32,000 nucleotides of DNA from Bdellovibrionales bacterium (lineage in GTDB: Bacteria; Bdellovibrionota; Bdellovibrionia; Bdellovibrionales; UBA1609). Below are positions 24,794 to 32,000 of the stretch, one piece after another. Position 1 is the first letter of the stretch. Each line of letters opens with the position of its first letter. Under the pieces are notes generated by a model. It saw nothing but the letters and a program-made list of their open reading frames with translations, did no database searches and was not told the DNA's origin. The stretch spans positions 750,001 through 782,000 of the forward strand of contig OZ252021.1 in the NCBI GenBank assembly GCA_965247685.1. Reading direction: 5' to 3'. The position numbers were made by a program, and so were the translations under genes.

Positions 24794-24812
24794 ATGTTTC
24801 AAAATGAAACAT
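24794..24812. promoter_or_regulatory. perfect 8-bp inverted repeat in a divergent promoter region (candidate operator)
   Basis: ATGTTTCA-AAA-TGAAACAT, located between the EBP-like gene (start 24758, minus strand) and the xer gene (start 24909, plus strand). Confidence 0.3.
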
Positions 24813-24908
24813 TGCGTTACAAACTACTAGACTTTTGTATAAATTTCAAGAGCAATGTATTAATTTTTTACAACTTTTATGTGTTTTTTGCATAGAATAG
24901 GAAATGAT

Positions 24909-25837
24909 ATGCTTCCTTTAATTATAGATAAATACTTGAAATATCTTGGTTTTTCAAAATCGTACTCCAAATTGACAGTGAAAGCTTATAAAAATGATTT
25001 AGAACAGTTTTTTTTTTAAACCAAAATCCTAAAACTCGAAAAAAAGGCAGTTTTGAAGAAAATATTCAAGATTTGGAAAAGCTGTCTGAAAGTTCAAAAA
25101 AGCAATTAAATGCTATTTTGAAAAAGAAACTCGGAGGGGATTTTTTTACTCAATGGAAGTCGTGGTCTCCGGCCACTCGGAATAGAAAAGTAGCTTGTCT
25201 GAAGAGTTTTTTTAAATGGCTTTATCTTAATCGCTATATTAATGAAGACTTGAGTGCTCGAATTAAAACTCCTTCTGTTCCAGTTAAAATTCCTTATTTT
25301 TTATCTGTCGATGAGACAAAGTTTTTGATTCAGACTATTGAAAAAGCACAACAGAAGAATGAGAAATTCACTCGTGATTTGGTTTTAGTTTTGCTCCTCT
25401 ACGGGGGAGGACTTCGGGTGAGTGAAGCCTGTGGTATAGAATGGAAACATGTTGATTTTGCCGAGCAAACTTTGAAAGTTAAAGGGAAAGGATCTTATGA
25501 AAGAGTTATTGTGTTGCCTGATGTGGTTTTGAAAAACTTAAAAGCTTTAAAAAAAGAGGGAAACTATCTCTTTGGAGAAAAAAAACTCAACACAAGAACT
25601 GCTTTTTCCATTGTTCGTCAATGGGGTGTACGAGCTGGCCTCAATAAAAACATTTCTCCCCATGTACTCAGGCATAGTTATGCTACACATTTACTAGATA
25701 GCGGCTCGGATTTAAGAGTCATTCAAGACCTGCTTGGTCATCGTTCTTTATCTGCAACCCAAAAGTATACTCAAGTGCGATTATCTAAACTCTCACGTAC
25801 TTTAAAAAAGTTTCATCCTGTTTCTAAAAAGAAATAA
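24909..25837 (+). pseudogene. XerC/XerD-family tyrosine recombinase interrupted by a frameshift in a T10 homopolymer
   Basis: ATG 24909 encodes MLPLIIDKYLKYLGFSKSYSKLTVKAYKNDLEQFFF*, the Xer N-terminal SAM-like domain. It stops at TAA 25017-25019, just after T10 (25008-25017). The -1 frame is open from 24998 and continues LNQNPKTRKK...LEKLSESS into the catalytic domain, with GGLRVSE, KGKGSYER, HVLRHSYATH, LGH and KYT. The track ORF 25073..25837 is only the distal part. Confidence 0.75.
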
Positions 25838-25860
25838 CTTTTAAAAAGAGAAGTTATTTT

Positions 25861-26466
25861 TTAATAAATGCGGACATTATCTAAGTAAGAATCCAAAGCC
25901 TGCTGAACACTTTCTTTAATTTGAGGAAGGTTTTCTTTTTCTAAATCTACCTTATGATTTTCACTGATAGAACTTTGGAAGAATATTTCTTTAGATTGGA
26001 GAAAAGAGGGCAGGACTCCTTGTAAAAAGAGAAATCGAATTTCAAAAAATAACTTTAATTGATCTATTCCAGATGTTGTCTCTAGTGTTTTTAGTGTGTG
26101 ACCCAATAATTGAAACATTCTAGGTTCATTAAGGTTTCCTTCTTGGCAGGTTTTATTGAACATTTTTAAGATATAAAGAGCCAAGCTTAAGCGGTTGTAG
26201 TCTTTTCTTAAACGATTGAACTTGTTAATGCCCCATGCTTGTTGTAAGCGATTCCAGCCCTCTGGTTTTTGAGACGGACGGTATCCTACACCGATATAAC
26301 TACCAGGTTCTAGTACTCCATTTAGAAATCTTTTTTTACTTTTTAGAGCAAACGGTGCAAAGAAAGATAAAATACTTCCTGATGAATTAATGCCTTTAAC
26401 AATAAGATTAGACTCTAAATGACGGGTATTTTGTAAGACAATAATTTTATCTCTAAAATATTCCAA
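25861..26466 (-). CDS. recO: DNA repair protein RecO
   Basis: 201 aa. N-terminal OB-fold pattern (DKIIVLQNTRHLESNLIVKGINSSGSILSFFAPFALKSKKRF...LEPGSYI), then LRKDYNRLSLALYILKM and LFFEIRFLFLQGVLP, typical of RecO. TTG start. Confidence 0.7.
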   Translation of the reverse strand: MEYFRDKIIVLQNTRHLESNLIVKGINSSGSILSFFAPFALKSKKRFLNGVLEPGSYIGVGYRPSQKPEGWNRLQQAWGINKFNRLRKDYNRLSLALYILKMFNKTCQEGNLNEPRMFQLLGHTLKTLETTSGIDQLKLFFEIRFLFLQGVLPSFLQSKEIFFQSSISENHKVDLEKENLPQIKESVQQALDSYLDNVRIY

Positions 26467-26487
26467 TGGGTAACCTATATAGAAAAA

Positions 26488-26997
26488 TTATATTCCTTCT
26501 TTCTTTCTTTCTTTATCATCTACTACGGATTGAACTCCACCTTTTAATTGTGGTCGATAAGCAAGATGCTTAATATCATATACAAAGTTAGTTCCGTTGA
26601 GCCCTGGAGTTTGCCACTCTGGCCCCAGACGAATAGCATCCACAGGGCAAGCTTCTTCACAATAACCGCAAAAAACACAACGAAGCATATCAATCTCGTA
26701 AGCAATAGGGTATTTTTCGACTTCCGAATCTTCATGCTCTGAAGCAATGATGCGAATACATTGAGCAGGACAGTTAGTTGCACAAAGCATACATGCTGTA
26801 CAACGAAGAGTGCCATCTTTTTTTACTGTCAAAATATGATTCCCTTTAAATCGAGGACCATACTTATAGTGTTCTTCAGGGTAATTTAAAGTCAGCATCT
26901 TCTTACGGTTCAATAAATTTCTGAATAAAACTTTTAAAGTTAAAAACAGGCCGCTAAAAATTGGAATCAAATAAGTAGGTCTTTTAACTTTTTTCAT
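26488..26997 (-). CDS. nuoI: NADH-quinone oxidoreductase subunit I
   Basis: Two 4Fe-4S motifs, CTACMLCATNCP and CVFCGYCEEACP, plus LNYPEE...RFKGNH. ATG 26997 is preceded by GAAGGGG and overlaps the nuoG stop as ATGA. The track start TTG 27012 is less likely. Confidence 0.9.
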   Translation of the reverse strand: MKKVKRPTYLIPIFSGLFLTLKVLFRNLLNRKKMLTLNYPEEHYKYGPRFKGNHILTVKKDGTLRCTACMLCATNCPAQCIRIIASEHEDSEVEKYPIAYEIDMLRCVFCGYCEEACPVDAIRLGPEWQTPGLNGTNFVYDIKHLAYRPQLKGGVQSVVDDKERKKEGI

Positions 26998-28526
26998 ATT
27001 GGCCCCTTCCAATCTAAGAAATGATTGGTTTTTATGTCCTTTTCTAATAAATGCAGTGGAGTTTTATGAATTGTTCCTTTTAAAGTCGTAGCTATTTCTT
27101 CTAAAGAATAAGCTTGAGTGACCACAGAACCTATAGCTTTTATCTTTTGGGATATTCCTTTTGCATTAATAAAAGTTCCTGTTTTTTCAAAGTATGTTTT
27201 AGCAGGAATCGTCCAGACAGTGTTTGTGGAATTTTTAAGTAAGGGGTGAGAATAAGGAGCAATCCAAATAAAAATTTGAGCTTTTAAGAAAAGCTTTATT
27301 CTCTCTTCTAAACAAGGATAAAGTTTTGGATTGTCTGGAGCACAAACAATCAATAGGGAAGTGGATGAGATTTTTTTCTCTAGTTCATCCAAACTTTTAA
27401 GATTCATTTGATGATCATCGATACTTTTTAAAAGACCTTTTGTGTTTGGGTTTTTATCTCCTCGAATCAAAAAATTGTCATAAGAGTCAAAAGTCTTTTC
27501 ATTATTTTTCCAGTGATAAACATCTTGTGATTTTGATACTTGATCATAGTAGCTTAAAAATCCATCATATTCTTCTGAAGTGTGCTGTCCTGTTAGCACT
27601 AAGCTTGCATTCTTATTTTCTGCAATCAGAGAGCTTAATTTCTCTAGAGCTCTCGATGTTTTCATTTTTTCTGATGTCTGAGAATTATAGTGATAGGCAT
27701 ACCGAGATCTATTCTTTCTGTTTATATGTTCATAAGTTTCTCTTCCTTTATCACACATCCAGTATTGATTAATGTCTTTATTATAACGTGGTTGAATACG
27801 CCACGCTCCCTCCTCATTGTAGTACAAATTAATACTACAGCCTGTTGAGCAGCCTGTGCAAATCGAGGGGGCTTTTTTGAGATACCAAACTCTTTGTTGA
27901 AATCGAAATTGCTTACTAGTTAAAGCTCCGACAGGACAAATATCGACCGTGTTTAAAGCGTAATCATTTTCTAAAGGCTTATCCTTAAAGATGCCAATTT
28001 CACTACGATCTCCTCTATTGAAGATACCAAGCTCTTTAGTTTTTGTGATATGATCTGTAAATCGGGTGCAACGAGCACACAAAATACACCGTTCTGTGTC
28101 CAGTACAATTTTAGATCCTAAATCCACTACTTTTCTTTTTTTCACCTTATTTGCAGCCATCACAGGTTGGTACTGACCAAACTTCATGTATTGTTCCTGT
28201 AATACACACTCACCTGCTTGATCACATATAGGGCAATCCAAAGGATGATTAATAAGATGAAACTCTAAACCCCATCTAACTGTATTTTTGACTGTTTCAG
28301 ATTGATTCGTAATCACCATTCCATCTTGTACGAGAATATTGCAAGCAATTTGAAGTTTAGTCTGCCCCTTCACTTCAACCATACACAATCGGCAAACTCC
28401 AGCAACAGGAAGTCCAGGATGCCAACAGTAATGGGCAATGTCCTGCTCCAACTTTTTAAAAGCTTGAATAATAGTCGCACCTTCTTCTACTTCCACTGGA
28501 ATATCATTGATCATACACTTAGGCAT
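26994..28526 (-). CDS. nuoG: NADH-quinone oxidoreductase subunit G (short form, 510 aa)
   Basis: N-terminal 2Fe-2S region (HYCWHPGLPVAGVCRLCMVEV), HPLDCPICDQAGECVLQ and CILCARCTRF, followed by a shortened molybdopterin-like domain. AAGGAGAG RBS. 8-nt overlap with nuoF. Confidence 0.85.
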   Translation of the reverse strand: MPKCMINDIPVEVEEGATIIQAFKKLEQDIAHYCWHPGLPVAGVCRLCMVEVKGQTKLQIACNILVQDGMVITNQSETVKNTVRWGLEFHLINHPLDCPICDQAGECVLQEQYMKFGQYQPVMAANKVKKRKVVDLGSKIVLDTERCILCARCTRFTDHITKTKELGIFNRGDRSEIGIFKDKPLENDYALNTVDICPVGALTSKQFRFQQRVWYLKKAPSICTGCSTGCSINLYYNEEGAWRIQPRYNKDINQYWMCDKGRETYEHINRKNRSRYAYHYNSQTSEKMKTSRALEKLSSLIAENKNASLVLTGQHTSEEYDGFLSYYDQVSKSQDVYHWKNNEKTFDSYDNFLIRGDKNPNTKGLLKSIDDHQMNLKSLDELEKKISSTSLLIVCAPDNPKLYPCLEERIKLFLKAQIFIWIAPYSHPLLKNSTNTVWTIPAKTYFEKTGTFINAKGISQKIKAIGSVVTQAYSLEEIATTLKGTIHKTPLHLLEKDIKTNHFLDWKGPI

Positions 28527-29820
28527 TCAATCTCTCCTTAAGGGATTGTTCTGATTCCTTAGAATATACAGGATTCTTATTGATGTAGTAAATGAACTCA
28601 TCTTTAAATTTTGTCACAAAACTAATGGCAGGGAGTGCTGCTGCATCTGATAAAGCGCAAATTGTTTTACCCATCATATTTTGAGAGATATTTTTAATTA
28701 AATCTAAGTCTTGTATTTGAGCTTCTCCTTGTAATACATTCTTTACAATTTTGTCGAGCCAGCCTGTTCCTTCTCGGCACGGAGTACACTGCCCGCAAGA
28801 TTCATGGTGGTAAAAGTTCATGATAACAGATAATAGCTCCACCATGCAATAGGAGTCGTCAATAACAATAATAGCTCCAGATCCAAGCATACTTCCTAGA
28901 TCACTTAGACTTTCATAATCGAGTAAAGCATTTTCACATTCCTGAGCTGTCAGTATAGAAGCAGAAGATCCTCCAGGAATAACAGCTTTTAAATGTCTGC
29001 CTTCTTGAAGTCCCCCGCATAATTTATTAATCATATCCATCAAAGGATAGCCAAGAGGGACTTCGTAGTTACCTGGTTTTACAACGCTTCCACTTACAGA
29101 AAATATTTTCGTGCCAGTTGATCGAGGAGTACCTATCGATTTATATTTTTGTGGACCACCTTTTACAATAAGAATAACAGCAGCTAAAGTTTCTACATTA
29201 TTGACGATGGTGGGTTTTTCTAAATATCCTTGAACAGCAGGAAAAGGAGGCTTCAATTTAGGATGACCTTTCTTACCTTCTAAAGAAGAAATCATACCTG
29301 TTTCTTCTCCACAAATATAAGCTCCAGCTCCAACATAAATATCCATCTCATGATCAAAATCTGAATTTAAAATGTTTTTTCCAATGTAACCTGCTTTTCG
29401 AGCTTCCTCTAAAGCTTTTTCAATGATTCGAATACAATCTGTATATTCTCCTCGAATATAAATGTAGGATTTATGAGATTGAATGGCATAAGCAGAAATC
29501 AACATGCCTTCCATTAACTGATGAGGAGCTTTTTCCATCATCATACGATCTTTGAAAGTGCCTGGTTCCCCTTCGTCGGCGTTACACAGTAAATAGCGAG
29601 GCTCATTGTTATTGGGTAAAAATCCCCATTTAACTCCTGTGGGAAATCCAGCACCTCCTCGTCCTCTGAGTCCAGAGTCTCTCACCATTTGGATCAGTTC
29701 TTCAGGTTGTTTTTGAAGTGCAACTTTTAAAGTCTCATAACCTTCATATTGTAGGTAGCCTTCTAAAGTATGAAAGTTTTTTTTATCGTAGTGCTCAGTG
29801 AGTAATTTGTGTTCCATCAA
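28519..29820 (-). CDS. nuoF: NADH-quinone oxidoreductase subunit F
   Basis: GLRGRGGAGFPTGVKW, CNADEGEPGTFKDR and ESCGQCTPCREG: the FMN/NADH-binding sites and N3 cluster motifs. Confidence 0.95.
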   Translation of the reverse strand: MMEHKLLTEHYDKKNFHTLEGYLQYEGYETLKVALQKQPEELIQMVRDSGLRGRGGAGFPTGVKWGFLPNNNEPRYLLCNADEGEPGTFKDRMMMEKAPHQLMEGMLISAYAIQSHKSYIYIRGEYTDCIRIIEKALEEARKAGYIGKNILNSDFDHEMDIYVGAGAYICGEETGMISSLEGKKGHPKLKPPFPAVQGYLEKPTIVNNVETLAAVILIVKGGPQKYKSIGTPRSTGTKIFSVSGSVVKPGNYEVPLGYPLMDMINKLCGGLQEGRHLKAVIPGGSSASILTAQECENALLDYESLSDLGSMLGSGAIIVIDDSYCMVELLSVIMNFYHHESCGQCTPCREGTGWLDKIVKNVLQGEAQIQDLDLIKNISQNMMGKTICALSDAAALPAISFVTKFKDEFIYYINKNPVYSKESEQSLKERLNA

Positions 29821-29833
29821 TTTTACCTTGGTA

Positions 29834-30319
29834 TCAATAGATAATTTTGTGTGAGTTTATTTTTTGTTTAATAGCTTCTTTCGTGTTTTCTAAAGTGGCA
29901 TTTTCCGTATAAGTTTCTCGATTAATTTGAACAACAGGTGCCGTATCGCAGGAGCCAAGACACTCAACAGCACTAAAGGTGCAAACAGAGTTTTCTTTGT
30001 GAGTGTCAAAATACGCTTTTAAATCTCTCAGTAGTTTTTGGCTTCCTTTCATGGCGCAGGTAATATTGCAGCACACTTGAATGTGAAATTTTCCTGCTGG
30101 TTTTTTATTAAACATCGTGTAGAAAGTGAGCACTTCATAGATTTCAGATTCGCTCAGATCCATCAGTTGACTGAGATAAGACACACATTCAGGGGAAATC
30201 CAGCCTCCATTTTCATCTTGAATCCGGTAAAGACATGGAATGATCGCAGAAAGCTTGGTTTCATACCTTTGCATTTCTTTTTTGACAAATTCTACGCCTG
30301 GAGAGGAAAGTTTAAACAT
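29834..30319 (-). CDS. nuoE: NADH-quinone oxidoreductase subunit E
   Basis: 161 aa with a thioredoxin-like 2Fe-2S pattern: HIQVCCNITCAMKG...VECLGSCDTAPVVQIN. Confidence 0.9.
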   Translation of the reverse strand: MFKLSSPGVEFVKKEMQRYETKLSAIIPCLYRIQDENGGWISPECVSYLSQLMDLSESEIYEVLTFYTMFNKKPAGKFHIQVCCNITCAMKGSQKLLRDLKAYFDTHKENSVCTFSAVECLGSCDTAPVVQINRETYTENATLENTKEAIKQKINSHKIIY

Positions 30320-30390
30320 TTTTATTGCTCCTTAATAATTTTAAGTTTTACAAAAAAAGATGAAAAAAACAACTTCTCTTCTTTATTTTT

Positions 30391-31314
30391 TCAAGAAGAA
30401 AGTAACGGTCTTTTTTTGAACGGAATAATAAGGAGAGTGACACCAATTCCGAAGCTCAATAATATAGCTCCGAGGTATCCATGCCACATCAAGGGCTCAG
30501 GAACAACGAAACTCACATTATAAAGACTGAGCAACTCAATAATTCCAATGGTGATTAAAGGGTCTAAGGCAATCACAAAACTTACATAAGAGGCGGGAGC
30601 TCTTTTAAGGGCTTCACCTAGGCAACCATAGGCTACAATAGTATTTACACCAAGGACAATAAGAATCAGCCATTGTATAATACTCAGATTCATCAATGCA
30701 CTAAAGTCAGCCAGAAATGAGAGTAGAAAAGCAGATATTGTATAGGTCAGCATATTCAGCTGTTGAGGAGGCCTTGTTTGAGATAATTTTTTTTGAAAAA
30801 TAGCAAAGATAGCCCAAGTTATTCCACCTATAAGAACCCATAAATTTCCATAGAAGTGTAGAGGCCATTCTTGTAAAATCATTTCAATTTGGCTCCAGTA
30901 AAATAAACCTAATCCAAATAAGGCGATTGTAATACCAGAGAGTTGTATGGGTGTAAGAACTTCTTTAAAATAGAAGATACCTGCCAGTGTTAGAATAATG
31001 ATTCCACTTTGAATCATAATCTGGGCGTTGCTGACTGTTGTCATCTCTATCCCTTTCATATAGCAGAAATAGTTTGCAGCAAGAAAAACAGCTGAAACGA
31101 CAGCCCATAAGGGAGGGTTTTTCAAAATGGTAAGATATCGTTTATTTGTAAAGTAAAAAAATATAATGAAACTTGTAGATGCGATCAACATACGAACAAA
31201 AACAATGGAACCTGAGTCGATAAAACCGGAGGTGTACTTAAGGGCTACGGCTAGGAATCCCCAGCAAACAGAGGTGATAAATGCAAAAATAATCCCAACA
31301 TTATAGGCTTTCAT
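30391..31314 (-). CDS. EamA/DMT-family transporter (10 TM)
   Basis: 307 aa with two EamA-like halves. Hydrophobic throughout, with conserved-type segments FAFITSVCWGFLAVALK and LIGGITWAIFAIFQKKL. Confidence 0.8.
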   Translation of the reverse strand: MKAYNVGIIFAFITSVCWGFLAVALKYTSGFIDSGSIVFVRMLIASTSFIIFFYFTNKRYLTILKNPPLWAVVSAVFLAANYFCYMKGIEMTTVSNAQIMIQSGIIILTLAGIFYFKEVLTPIQLSGITIALFGLGLFYWSQIEMILQEWPLHFYGNLWVLIGGITWAIFAIFQKKLSQTRPPQQLNMLTYTISAFLLSFLADFSALMNLSIIQWLILIVLGVNTIVAYGCLGEALKRAPASYVSFVIALDPLITIGIIELLSLYNVSFVVPEPLMWHGYLGAILLSFGIGVTLLIIPFKKRPLLSS

Positions 31315-31487
31315 TTTTTAATCCTACTGAAATGGTTTTTTATAAAAGGTCACATGATATAATGAGTATTAAAAAGACTTTTCAACAACCATATTTTTAG
31401 TATGACCTAGTATTCTATATCAATAGGGATTTTTTGCTACAAAATAATAATTTTTCACTTCGAGAACAAGGTTTTTTCAAAGGGCCG

Positions 31488-32000
31488 CTAGCGGTCGAGT
31501 TCACCGGCAATCACATTCATGCTTCCTAAAATAGAAACCACATCTGCGACATAGACTCCTTGAATTTGCTCTGAAAACGATTGATAGATAGCAAAGCAGG
31601 GAGGGCGTACTTTCAAACGATAGGGTTTAGGGCCTTCGTCACTGACAAGATAAAAACCTAACTCTCCATTGGCACCCTCGGTGGCATCATAAAGTTCGCC
31701 CTTACGAGGTCTGAGCCCTTTCATCACCAGCATGAAGTGGCTCATTAATCCTTCAATATTGCCGTAGACATCTTTTTTTTCCGGAAGAACAATGTCTCTA
31801 TCTCGAACAGTATAATCTCCAGAAGGAAGATTTTGAGCCAATTGTCTTATAATTTTCAAAGACTGTCTCATCTCTTCTACACGAACAAGGTAGCGATCAT
31901 ACACGTCTCCACTGGTTCCAACAGGAATATCAAAATCCATTTCTGAATAAAGGTAGTAGGGTGTTGCTTTTCGTAAATCAAGGTTTACACCACAAGCACG
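31488..32000 (-). CDS. nuoD: NADH-quinone oxidoreductase subunit D, C-terminal part (5' end beyond the window)
   Basis: The frame is open to the window edge: RACGVNLDLRKATPYYLYSEMDFDIPVGTSGDVYDRYLVRVEEMRQS...RPPCFAIYQSF...NVIAGELDR*. This is the canonical 49-kDa subunit C-terminus. Confidence 0.9.
   Translation of the reverse strand, partial: RACGVNLDLRKATPYYLYSEMDFDIPVGTSGDVYDRYLVRVEEMRQSLKIIRQLAQNLPSGDYTVRDRDIVLPEKKDVYGNIEGLMSHFMLVMKGLRPRKGELYDATEGANGELGFYLVSDEGPKPYRLKVRPPCFAIYQSFSEQIQGVYVADVVSILGSMNVIAGELDR

Noticed and set aside
25832-25859. AAATAACTT ... AAGTTATTT inverted repeat between convergent xer and recO
   Set aside because: It has only one G-C pair and a 10-nt loop. It may help termination but is too weak to call.
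26544-28541. ORFs 26544..26816(-), 26548..26742(+), 27440..27772(+), 28302..28541(+)
   Set aside because: These are alternate-frame or antisense ORFs inside nuoI and nuoG with low-complexity, L/S/F-rich translations. The nuo frames carry the Fe-S cluster motifs.
30038-30523. 161-aa plus-strand ORF
   Set aside because: It is entirely antisense to nuoE and to the 3' end of the EamA gene, both of which have strong family motifs. A shadow ORF.
1-32000. CRISPR arrays, rRNA/tRNA genes, IS elements, prophage or defence-system genes
   Set aside because: I found no regularly spaced short repeats, no GC-rich structured RNA-like segments, and no transposase, nuclease or phage-like ORFs. The only repeat found is the 128-bp pair reported above.

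Overview
AT-rich, Gram-negative-type chromosomal window (it encodes a secretin and complex I), densely coding. I saw no rRNA, tRNA, CRISPR array, transposase or prophage genes. Three blocks are present. (1) 1-6.6 kb holds housekeeping and regulatory genes: a partial histidine kinase, a TPR protein, a PpsR/PDRP-type kinase-phosphorylase, nusB, a soluble histidine kinase and a GlcD-like FAD oxidase. (2) 6.8-19.3 kb holds a compact, non-canonical Tad/Flp (type IVc) pilus locus: flp, a leaderless flp-like ORF, the prepilin peptidase, a TadE/Flp-like pseudopilin, cpaB, the cpaC secretin, one fused CpaE(TadZ)-CpaF(TadA) ATPase and a single TadB/C-type platform gene. These are followed in the same orientation by a toxin-less YD/RHS-repeat protein and a small Cys-containing secreted peptide. 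A convergent block faces them, with a 797-aa Cys-rich TadG-like protein and an LRR-like secreted protein. The LRR-like gene is flanked by a ~128-bp direct repeat carrying its 5'UTR and signal peptide. This locus is my best candidate for an undescribed Tad-like apparatus with dedicated adhesin or cargo genes. (3) 19.6-32 kb holds a possible vestigial AAA+ protein, an amgK-murU-like pair, DUF721, a HAD-membrane fusion, a sigma-54-activator-like regulator with degenerate motifs, a Xer recombinase split by a frameshift in a T10 run, and recO. It ends with a rearranged nuo cluster, nuoD-[eamA]-nuoE-F-G-I, with no nuoH or nuoJ-N. All family assignments rest on motifs read by eye from the translations; no database search was possible.
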